A stretch of 61,277 bases of DNA, counting the filler, from Sphacelaria rigidula (Eukaryota), in the NCBI GenBank assembly GCA_964200075.2. It is 4 parts of 4 records of this genome, joined end to end, with 100 filler letters (N's around TTAATTAATTAA, not from the genome) between each part and the next. Parts side by side here need not be neighbours in the genome. Positions count along the whole stretch, not along the records: positions 46,039 to 61,277 come from CAXNAA020001843.1; 3 more parts are not named here. One strand, written 5' to 3'. The first letter of the stretch is position 1. Every line of letters starts with the position of its first letter. The notes beneath the pieces are model-generated. The model had not been told where the DNA came from and searched no databases. It was given only the letters and a program-made list of their open reading frames with translations. Below, piece after piece: positions 50,500 to 61,277 of this stretch. A program made the translations under genes and the position numbers.

Positions 50500-51604
50500 C
50501 GAGGAAACCGACGGTTACAATACAAAGTGGTGTAGCAACATGCTGATGAGTCAACATATAGCTTCGAAAGTGTACTGCAATTAGTATAGTGGGCAGTTTT
50601 ATGTTTGCGGGCGCCATTGAAAGATGTATCACCAAATGCCGAAAACGCTCAATATATTCCTCCGCGAGCGTGTCTAATACAGATTGGCTGCACAATAGCT
50701 GTGCGACGAGAGTGCGCAATATACGTTGCAAAAACAATACTTGTGCATGGTTTGTGTTAAATATATGTTCATAGTAACAACCATTGTTTCCGTACATTTC
50801 CTCGGATCCCCTTACCCCAGAACAGAGACAATAAAATTCGGCTCCATAATGCACCGTAACGCGGCAAATCGGCTGTTGAATTCACCGAACCCCGAACTCC
50901 AGGAAATCGAATACAAGAAACACAGAAAGGTCGACGAAAAACACCGTGCGGAAGTCTAAAAACAGGCAACGCAACAAATAGGTGAACGTTGGTGGAGAAA
51001 ACGTTGCACTACCTGATCAACCTGACGTTATTACGTGTTTTGCGCAATACAGTCACACATATTATTAGACATAAACAGCGACATGGCCGAAAGAAGAGTC
51101 TAGCCCGAAGGGAACAGAGTCGCTCTAGTTGCGTTCTGGCGTATCCTGTATTTATCGTGTGTGCATATGAAGACGAAATTCTTTTCAGAATCAGTTTTCC
51201 GTTTTTCAGAATGAATGTGTCGAATCCACCAACAGGGTTCCGCGTTTCGCCTACTACGCGGTTACTTTCAGGCACTGACTGCTTGGATCGAAGGTCGAAT
51301 CGGCCTCGTCGAAGGTGAACAACATTGCACTATCTCATCAAGCTTTCGAAAATGAAAAATGTTGCACGGTGACTTCGAGCTGAAGGGGTTTGTGAAGTGT
51401 ATTGTTTGAAGAGTAGGTCTAATTGTCCCGCTTGCAGGGGAGCGTTCACACGTAATCTTAGTTAGACATACATAGCCCTCATTCATACTACTTGACACCG
51501 TTTTGAACCGAACACAAGCGCACCGCGGGTGTGGCAGGTCGTCTACACATCTATGAACCTCTTTTCTCGTGCAATCAAAATACCCCCCACCCTATCGTAG
51601 GGTG

Positions 51605-51920
51605 ACTCAAATAGGGAAGCTAACCATCCTTTTCCTGTCACCTATCATAACAGAGCCCGGACATAGACATGAAATGAAGAAGTTGACTCTCCTTTTTTTT
51701 GAACCTACCATAACACAGTCCGGACATAGACATGAGATAGAGAAGCTTGCCATCATTTTTCCTCAACCTACCATAACACAAGCCGGACATAGACATGAGA
51801 TAGAGAAGCTTACCATCATTTTTCCTCAACCTACCATAACACAGGCCGGACATAGTCATGAAATAGAGAAGCTAACCCTCCTTTTTATTCAACCTACCGT
51901 AACACAGCCCAAACATAAAC
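51605..51920. repeat. 63-bp tandem repeat, ~5 copies
   Basis: GGACATAG(A/T)CATGA at 51659, 51722, 51785 and 51848; reads through as 21-aa repeats in ORF 51569-52015. Confidence 0.92.
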
Positions 51921-52915
51921 GTGGACTAGCGAAAAATAACACAAATACTGTCTCATATATCAAGTCGGAAAACAACCGAGATTCTCCCCCACATATCATA
52001 ACAAACGTCAGATGATTATAATGTCAAAACCTACGCACGCAAGAAACAGCGTGAAGGTTGACCACCTTACATGCAAATCGCAAGTACAGAAGATATAATC
52101 AGTACGAATAGGGTAGGGTCATCACCCCCTCCATGTCGAATTCACATGGAGGGTGCGGTCTCGTGGTGAGATACCCGTAAAACCTCACCGATTTCCAGTA
52201 GACGGTTGAAATTTGGTCAGCCATTTGCAGAAAATCCCGACATTAGGTACAAAAAGCGCCGAATGAAGGGAAGGGGCGGACAATGCATGACATGAACGTC
52301 AAAACCTACTGTACTAATGAAGCAATCGCCTTACCGATGACAGACCACATGACCGACGAGAAGGAGAACCAAGCGGTACGTAGACTTCTTGAGGTCTTGA
52401 AGGATAGAAGCTGATATAAAAAGTGTGGGGAAATCGTTGGCCAAGTTTTCGGCAGCGAAGGTCTACTCGGAAGCACCTGTGGAGTAGCGACCCATGATGG
52501 ATCGTACATGGCGTGGAAAAAGATGTACGGGACATCCCGATGTGAGTAAGACCTTGTGTTATGCAAGCCGTCTTTGAACCATACACGGTGAAAATGACCT
52601 CCCTGGAGGGAAGTAACCAGTACAGCAGCGGGGCAAGAAGATAGAAGATACGATCGTGGGACGCCTGGATGGTTTACCATGAAGATCGCCTGACACAAAC
52701 GTAGGGTACTTGTGTCAAGANNNNNNNNNNAAGATCGCCTGGCACAACCGTGGGATATCTGTGTCAAAGGTGTTGAACTTGGCTTCAGGCTACGAGCCCG
52801 TGTTGGAGGCAATATTTAGTGTCGATGAGCCAGCAAAAGCACTGAAAGGCACCAGATCCCCAACGAGTACCAGGATCGGGACGTCCCAGTGCGTTGAACA
52901 TATCCCAATAATACA

Positions 52916-55900
52916 ATGAGAATGAACAAGCTGGAGATTCTCTCGAAGGAGATCGAGAAAGAGACGGTAAGTAAGGGAGGATGGAGGAGTAAAGAGTGGA
53001 CGGGTAAAGTACTGGTAGTGCTGGCATTCGGAGTCCGTAGCGACATGAAGAGAATCGAATTTGAAAAGAAATGCAATGAAGTTGGGTTATACTGTTTGGC
53101 AACAGGACAGGTAGAAAGGGGGGGAGAACACTTTCGAGTTGCACTACAACAGAGGGCGAGCAAGGGGTGGGAAAGGGTAGAAATAAGTAGAAAGATCTCG
53201 GCATGGGTTAGAAGGGTAGGATGGAGAGTATGCATTGCTGACGAAATAACAACCCTAAGGCGTAGTGCACGGGGAAACGGAGGGAGAGAGAGGCAGGAAC
53301 CGGTAAATACCCGGAATGGTAAGGGGAGGAGACACAGCGGTCTGAGGCAACCAGACAAATACCAAACCGGCAAAGGGTTGAACAATCAAGCGAGGGAAAG
53401 TATAAGTAAAAGGCACGGAAATAGAGCAGGAGAGAACAAGAGAGTAGATAGTATTTCGGGAAGGAATTTGATAATACGATCGTGGAACGTGTCTGGATTC
53501 GCCGCAGACGAGCGCAAAAGAACAGAGATAGTCGAACAAGTATGGAAGCGCGACCTAGATGTAGTAGGAATTCAAGAATCATGGGAGAAAGAGGGGGGGG
53601 AAATAGGATGCAAAGTTGAAGAGTACGCATGAAAAGGGCAAAAAAGGAAGGAGCAGAAGCCCAAGAGTAGGGTTCTCAGTCAAGGGATACCTGTATGACA
53701 TTATCGAAGTGATCGATGACACGAAATTTGACGAGAGCATATGGATAAGGATACCAGGAGAGCGGGGAACGAGGGACATTTTTGTAGGGAACCTCTATAT
53801 GCCCCCGGAAACGAAGAGTAGGGTGTACGATATTCAGCTTAGGTATGGAGAAATGACAGCAGATGTAGATAAGTATAAATGCGAGGAGAGGTAATGTTAG
53901 TGGGAGATTTTATTGCAAGGGTAGGGAAAGCAGGTCAACCGGATGCTATTATTGAGCAATACGGGGAAGATAAGAAAAACACGAATGGGGTAGAAATGCT
54001 CAAGTTCCTTGAGCATCACGAGATGAAGACGCTGAACGATAGAGCACAAAAGCCAGAGGCGCAATGGGCACGAGCTAGGATAGGCAAAAACAAGAGAGAA
54101 TGCTCCGTTTCTTGACTACATAGTGGTAGAGCATGGAAATAGTGAAGTAATGGAAGTACACGTATACGCGGAGGACGTGGGAACCACAGATCACTCCCTA
54201 ATATGAACAGAAAACCAACAAGCGAGAGCTCAAAGAAATAGGCGGGGTAGGAAGTTGTACAAATGGAAAATCGATAAACTAGATATGGAAGAAAACCGCA
54301 GGAGCTCCAAGAAGAGATGGCCAAAATTGCGCTGAACTTTTCCGAACTGTTGGAGCGCGTGGGTATATCGGACACGAGCGAAGATCATAGAAGGATGGGA
54401 GCAGCTGGTCAAGAACACAGCGAGTACAGTCATAGGGAAGAAACTGATCGTATGCAACACAGCAGTAAAATCGTGGGAAGAGGAAGTAGAAGAGACTGTA
54501 AGAGTAAGGAGAGAAGCCCACGCGAGATGGATGTCGAGCAAAAGCACGGTAGGACGGGAGGAGAATACTAAAGCTCAAGAGGAAGTGAAACAAATTGTAC
54601 AGGAGAAAAGTAAGGAAGTTTGGAAGATGTGGTAAAAACAACAAAAAATGAAGATTTCGATGGCGGGATGAAACAAATGTGGGTAGGGATAAAAGGGATT
54701 ATGGGAAACCAGGTAAGGAAGATGAACAGCGCGATAGCCACACTACCGGCACAGAACGGTAAAATGGTCAGCAGTTCGAAGGGGAAGAGAGAAGTGCTAG
54801 TCGAGCACTACCGTAAACTAGGAGCACCAAACACTAACACGAAGTTCGACACGGAAGTCGAGAAAGAGATCAACGAGTGGGCAGAAGCAAATGTAGAGAC
54901 GTCAAAACAGGATGGTAGGGGCTAGAGAAATTACAGAGAGAATCTACCAGAGATAGAGTAAAGGAGTGCGCAGCTGAACTCAAGAATAAAAGACAGCAGG
55001 GGCGGACGGAATAGTGAAGAATTTCTGAAGTGCGGGGCGGGGGGGGGGGTAATTATTACCATGATGGTTATGCTGTACAACTGGATCTAGGGAACCGCGT
55101 ACACAACCAAGAGGTGGAGAGAAGGAGCAGGTGTGAACTCTTTCGAAAAAGGAGACAAGGCTGACCCAGGAAACCTGTAGAGATATCGCTACTGAGCACG
55201 GTGGGGAAACGCTCCGTAAGATTCTGAATGATGGAGTAGGAGCGATGCTAGAAAAAGACGAGAAAATCAGCGAGGGACAAGTAGGCTTCAGACCAAACCG
55301 TAATTGATCAAGTTGGGGATGACGCCGGACTGACAACGTACTGTTTCTTTCTAGACGTGCAAAAGGCTTATGCCACAGTACGGAGAAATGAGCTGCGAAA
55401 AACGTTGCGGGAAACTGGGATCAGAGGAAAGATGTGGAGGATGATCAAGAAGATTATAGAATGTGCCGGAAGTACCATGATGCCAGACGGGGAAACATCG
55501 AAATATTTCGATATCTTACAAGGAGTTGCACAAGGGTATACGTTATCGCCGACTATATTCAAGATATTCATTAATGACCTGATATAAGCGATAGAAACAT
55601 CAAATCAAGGGATCAAGGTGGGTAAAGGTGTGACATCAGGTTTATTGGTCGCAGATGATTTTGTTTGTGGTGACTTCAGAAACAGCAGAAGGATTGCAAA
55701 AACGAATAGAAAAGGCTCTTGAATACACGAGGAAATGGAGAGTGGCAGCAAATGCTAACAAGTACGCGGTACTCGTCTGTAACGAAGGTGAGAAAAATCC
55801 GGTAGAGTTCAAGTGGAAGTGGGGACAAGGGTGACTGCCGATCGTAGACCAGTATACATACCTTGGTGAAGACATTACAATAATCTGTTCTTGAGATCCA

Positions 55901-56994
55901 CGCATAAATAAAGTAATAGAAAAGGGTAAGGCACAGATATTAAGGATGGGCGTGGTCCTCAGAGACTCGCATCTGGACACTAGGATTGAGAGATGTATCC
56001 TGATGAACGTGATCGTACCAAAGCTAGAATATTCTAAAGTATGGGAGGGGAACGAGTAGTTGCCGAAGAAGTTGGAAACAGTACAGATGGCAGCAGCTAA
56101 AAAGATACCTGGATGCTCGAAAGCGACGAGTAATGCAGCACCGGGAGCAGAGCTAAGAATGTACTCACTGGAAACAAACAGAGACATGAGGGAACTGAGG
56201 TGACGGTATAGCTTGAAGAACATGCAGAGAAAGAGATTGCAAGCTATAGTTGGTAGGGCTGCAGAGAAGGAAAATACGAAAGAGCATGCTGGAATAAGAT
56301 GGAATCAAGAGGTCGAGAAAGTATGGAAGGAGATGGGAGGAAACCAAGACGAAATACTGTCCATAGGTAAAGGCGTGGGGTACAAGACAAAAGTGAGGGA
56401 CACGGTAGAAATAAGGGGGAAAGGAGCGCTGAGACGCAAAGTAGACGAGAAAGAAGACCTGAAGATATACGGGGTGTTGAGAGAGGGGATCGGGATGAAA
56501 ACATCCCTGCATGGCCCCATGGACGCGGCGAAAAAACTGAAACTGCGACTTCGAGTGGAGGACCTGGACCTGCCAGAAAGAAGAAAGAGATATACCAGTA
56601 ATCGTGTGGAGGAGGAAGTAGATGCACAGAATAGCCCGTGACAAAGCAATAGAGGGCATAACTCATATAGTAGCAGAATGTGAGCTATTAAAAGAGGAAC
56701 GAGACGTGCTAGAGGAGGAAATGCGGGAGGTGAACGAAAGTGGCATAGAATCGTTTGATGCATAAAACAGTAGCGGGGAAACGACGGCTATACTAGGAGA
56801 TAGACGGTGGCCACAGACGGCGAAACAGGACGGGGACAACATAGTGAAACGGTTTTGTGCAATGTATGGAAGAAATGTAATGAGCACCGAGATGCTGGAG
56901 GTGTCTCCATGAGGAGTAGGAATGGTGCTTCGTCTCGAAAGGAATGCGTGGTCAATGGTCAAACGACTGAGGCAAGCAACACACGAATACGCCC
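52916..56994 (+). mobile_element. Degenerate non-LTR retrotransposon (LINE): APE endonuclease + reverse transcriptase + C-terminal CCHC-like remnant
   Basis: APE motifs SWNVSG, VVGIQESW, LVGDF and TDH; RT motifs FLDVQKAY, GVAQGYTLSPTIF and LVADDF; many stops and frameshifts; the 3' end matches truncated copies elsewhere. Confidence 0.93.
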
Positions 56995-57771
56995 CAGCAC
57001 CTAGACATGATCTCTTAGATCCCACACCAGCGGCCCTTGTCAATGAACAGTGCACAAGTTGTCCTTTACTTTGTCTCAAGCGCTTCACGCAAGTGATCGA
57101 ACCGCGGGCTCCATTACCTAAAGAAATGGATGTCGATCGTGCCCCGGAGCACGAACTAAGGTGTCTCACGGCTGAATCTTTGAGGTTGGTCGTTTGACTC
57201 AAACGCCGGACCATAGCGCTGTTGCGAAACGAACCGCATTACTTTTTCGGAATTTCTTACTTTTTTGACAAGCAACCGCAAGGAAACATTTGACGGGCGT
57301 CAGTACTCCGTGCGGCACAGCAAGGGCGCAGCGAACACGGGCGAGTCGACGTGGAGGTCATGCGTGCTGCTACTACAGTGCAGTGCACTCTACACTGCGA
57401 GAGCAACGAGCGCAAATGGTGCAACGGCAAACATTGACTGAAGCGCCTGCCCGTTAATAACAAGCCCTTACTTCGGGTAAGGCTCGAAACCAAACCGTGG
57501 CAAACGCCATGAGCACAGGGTCCCATGTCACCATTTTTTGCTGCCGAGTCATCCTACGATAGGCGGGGGAGTAGGGTATTTGACTGCACGAAAAAAAGGC
57601 TTAAAAGTGTGTCAGACGATCTGCCACACTCGCGGTGCGCTTGTATTCGCTTCAAAACGGTGTCGATCGGTATGAAAAAGCGTTATTCATCTGTAACAAG
57701 CTCGTTCGAACAACCGTTGCTGCTTTCAACGGCGATTTGACTTGGAATCGTGCAAGAAAATGGCCCAAAAT

Positions 57772-57804
<33 letters not shown>

Positions 57805-60800
57805 CCCTCCCCCCCCTCGCCTCGCGGCTCGCTTTTTTTTTTTCTTTTTCTCTCTTCTTTTTCCTTCCCTATCGTAGGATGACTCTCCCAGCGTTGGATT
57901 CAGCATTTTTCTTTTCCTCTGTCCTTTCCGTCTCGTATCACAACAGTAGCGAGCTAGTCGGGAGGGTCTGACCTGCTCAACCCTTTTTGAATCCGAGCCG
58001 ATCCTCGGATAGCTTTCTATTTTCTGTGACAACCCCATTGGTCATTGGAGTGGTTTTAACAGCAAGCGGCCAGCGAGGCATTCCGAACAACGAATTGTAG
58101 CCAACACGATTGAACAGAAACACCTTACCCTGTCGCATGCCTGTGGCGATATCACGTGTAGCCGCGGTCAACAGCGACGTTACCTCTCGGACACGCGTTG
58201 CACAAGTAGATGAAAGATGCTAGCTCCTCGTGGCACATCTCGTTTCGGAGTCTGTGTTTCCTGTCCACTACAGCCATTAGACATACCGTCCATTAGTCGT
58301 GCAGCCCTCGTTGGCGGAAACCTAACAACAAACGCCTCTCCGCGGGCCACACGCCAGCACTAAATCAAGGGAAGGAAATTCCTACGAACCTGGAATATAT
58401 CAAGGGTCAGATTCGTAGCCATCTGGGACGCCCTGAGCGTGTTCACCGCGGTATCACCAGGTCGGTGCGCAGGGGTCAATGTTACAGATATTGACCGAAT
58501 GATATCACAAAACGTTCGGTTGCTTGACAGAGGCAGAAGATCAACACCGGAGATTTGGCGCTTCCGACGCGCCGCAGAGGGAGTTGCGCAGGGTGGAGAG
58601 CCAGTCAGGTATGTTCCACAGCATCGCGGCGTGTTCTAGTCGTGGTTCGAGCGCGTAGGGTCAGTAAAGAATAAAGTACGTAGTCTCCGGAGCAGAGACA
58701 GTGACAAATGCCAAAGTGCCGTGGCGAATGCGCCGTGCTCTTCCTGTCACACGTCGATGATTACGCTAACGCACACGTCGCGGGGGATCTGTCTCGCTGG
58801 GATGCGACTGACGTTACTGAGGCCGGTTTCGTCGTAGGGGTACAGCGACCTACATTTGTACAGGACGTGGACTGATGGGCATAGAGATGGCAGAAACCGC
58901 CGGAGGAGAGGTATCGTCGACACAATATGAAGCATATAGGCACATCAAGGCTTGCGAGAACACCGACTTCACCTAGCTTCATGTAGCGTGGAGTGACTTA
59001 CGATATGTAGAGCTTGGTGCACTAGTGGGACGGCGTATGGGGTAGCGTAGAGGACCTGCAGTGAGGTGCAGTGCAATATCTGTTTGGAAGCGCACAGCAG
59101 TGAGGGTAGCGCAAAGATATCGAATGCCGTAGGGGGGGGGAGGGTCGATGGAGGGAGTATACGAGTGCGGGGTACTTTGTGGTTTGGTGTCAAGTAGCAG
59201 TTGGATGTTGCAGTGTAATGCAAGGGTAGATAGGGACAGATCCTGAAGGCCAGTACATTTAGGGCGGGGGAATATGAGAGACGCCTCCTCGCGGCTTCCC
59301 CTGGGTGCTGAGAATAAATACCATCTCTCAGTAGCTGAGAACTCTCCCACACGGACGACCACCGTGGCAGCATCATGATCAAAGCGTTCGCGCGTGCAAG
59401 TGTCAAGTTGTGTGTGTACCAGCGGCCGCGAGTTCGCTGCGATGTAAATGACCTCGTAGACTGTTGACTAATGTACGAGATATTCCCGCGTGCAAGGAGT
59501 AGTCCTCACTCTCAGTAAAGCGTCAAATGGTAGGGGCGAGGGAAGGGGTAGGGGTATAGGGTGGCGTACTCTGTGCCTTTTCGCTTTTTTCGTGAGGGGC
59601 TTGGGCTTCCGCTCGATGCTAGATGCTGATCATGAACAAGTATTCTTTCCGTGGGCTTTACGCGACTAACACTGCACTGTAGCGCTTCTCGTGCTGAATG
59701 TCTTCGGAGCGTGCAGGCACAACAACACAACTTTGGGTTTTTGGCGTCAATAAAGATGCGCAGTGCGGGTGTGCTGCATCACGTCGTGCATCGCCGTGAC
59801 CAACCGGCATTGTGTGTTAAGGGAGACGAACCCAGGGATCAAGACAAGACCGACATGAAGAGGATATTGTCACCACAATATGTCGCGTTTCGTAACACGT
59901 GTGTCCAGACACATTGGCGGCAAACACCCGTACACCCGAATCAGTCCAAACTATCATACTACGGCAGCGGGTAGACGGCTTCCGGATTTCAATCTAGGCA
60001 AATACGCGCGACAGCTTCCCCGACGTAAGACTAATTGGAAAACTGTCACGATTTTCGAGGAGTACGACGTTGGAGCGCCTTGCATATGCGCCAGGAGTGT
60101 AACAGGGACGGACCACTGCACGGTGAGACGAACTTCATCTCGAAACTCCCAGAACAAGCTGCAATGCTGCGGATGTTCAGAATGACAGAAGGACACCCCG
60201 GGCGGAAGCTGTGCTCTGATTGCAGCGGTTTTGCAGGAATGAGCGGTAAACACATGGTGGTGTTGATGCTCTCATCTCAACACGGTCGCTGCCCGTAAAC
60301 TCAATCGGCGACAGGTCCAGGACCAAATCTTGGAAACATAAACGCCCTACCCTGACTTTTCGCCCCGTGGCACGTCGAAGCACGAGGGATGTAGTGATTA
60401 TGTATTGCATTCCATGAGATGACGGCCACCCCCTGCTTGCCGCCGGACTACTCGTCCTCCTACTGGCTCAACGACTACTGCGGGGACCGTTGGTAATGTC
60501 CATTACGGATGCTCCAGCTCTACTTCAGACCCGCGACACACCGGCCGGACGCTCGTTCGAGGGGTCACCGGAGAACTGTGGCTTCCACCGCTGTCACCAC
60601 GGCCAGATCTAATAGAGTATTGCGTGTCGTACGGGGCGACATTGCCCTTTCAATCGCTACACGCGACTCTCACCTCGAGCAGAAGACTCCGACCTTATCC
60701 CCGGTCTAGCTTTGGCATATCTAAGCCCTACCTCGGCGCGCACGCTACTCATTTTGTCCGGCTGTTGGCCTGCCCACCATATGCCATGTAGTCCAAGCAC

Positions 60801-61194
60801 AGCGCAGTGCCACGCCATGAAGTGCAACCAGACGTCAGAGACGATTATTCAAAGTTGGCAGTAAGTGGCGCTCTGAGACTAGGTATGCCGAGCCAGGCTC
60901 AGTGTACCGCCGATGGCTGTGGCCGTAATAGAGGGCAGCTTTGGCCTGAACACGCGGGACAAGAGTAGCAACCGCACAGCCCAAATTCTTCCCATCTCCA
61001 TGAATTTCGATTGTGGCAATATTTCCGCGAAAAAGTCTCCAGATACTAAACTGCACTTCCGCTCGTTCAATATTAAAGGCCCATGAAGTTAAGGCTATGA
61101 GCAAAGCTACGGTAAGGGTGCACGTTTTGCGCAAACTGTTGTCTGGTTCAGGGGCTCCTAACGATTATAGATGCACAAGAATATTGGTCAGGTC

Positions 61195-61277
61195 ATCTCC
61201 GTTTAACAGCCGATTTTCGAAAATGGGGTTGAAAAAACAAATGAGGTTCAACTCAAAAGTCGTGCTTTCCCTGGCCT
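61195..61277. repeat. Dispersed repeat shared with about 36985-37048
   Basis: AAAATGGGGTT...GTT(C/A)AACTCAAAA...GTGCTTTCCCT in both places. Confidence 0.5.

Larger units (their letters stand above)
46516..51500 (-). pseudogene. Heavily decayed coding relic, possibly a KDZ (Kyakuja/Dileera/Zisupton)-like transposase
   Basis: Weak motif echoes in order on the minus strand: YCLC...HIFN...LF...TLAEEY (50854-50640), GMYLISQCSH...GGES...VDEYY (47990-47770), VMEQC (about 46810). Resemblance is from recall only. Confidence 0.25.

Noticed and set aside
50535-50595. CTGATGA...GAAA spacing reminiscent of a hammerhead ribozyme
   Set aside because: Stem II does not pair and there is no valid NUH cleavage triplet.
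57000-61140. Scattered protein-like fragments
   Set aside because: Many stops and no recognisable motif; probably decayed TE but not assignable.

Overview
Eukaryotic, intron-rich, TE-rich nuclear DNA. It is most consistent with a photosynthetic stramenopile such as a brown alga, inferred from intron size and style and from plastid-type genes; this is not proven. The window is not one locus. It is four contigs of descending length (1-15249, 15350-30595, 30696-45938, 46039-61277) joined by artificial 100-nt N44-TTAATTAATTAA-N44 linkers. Contig 1 holds degraded or orphan multi-exon coding sequence and a 474-bp Harbinger-type foldback element. Contig 2 holds the 3' six exons of an ABC1/UbiB atypical kinase, a six-exon coiled-coil gene (minus strand) and, divergently, a seven-exon PP2C phosphatase with a ~500-aa Arg/Ser-rich N-terminus. 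Contig 3 holds the 3' exons of an MFS sugar porter, a nest of tRNA-derived SINEs with several MITE types inserted into them, and a spliced gene resembling plastid-specific ribosomal protein PSRP6/cL38. Contig 4 holds a degenerate APE+RT LINE whose family ends in and appears to target C-tracts, a MITE carrying telomere-like repeats, tandem arrays and a possible decayed KDZ-type transposase. No rRNA, genuine tRNA or CRISPR array is supported.
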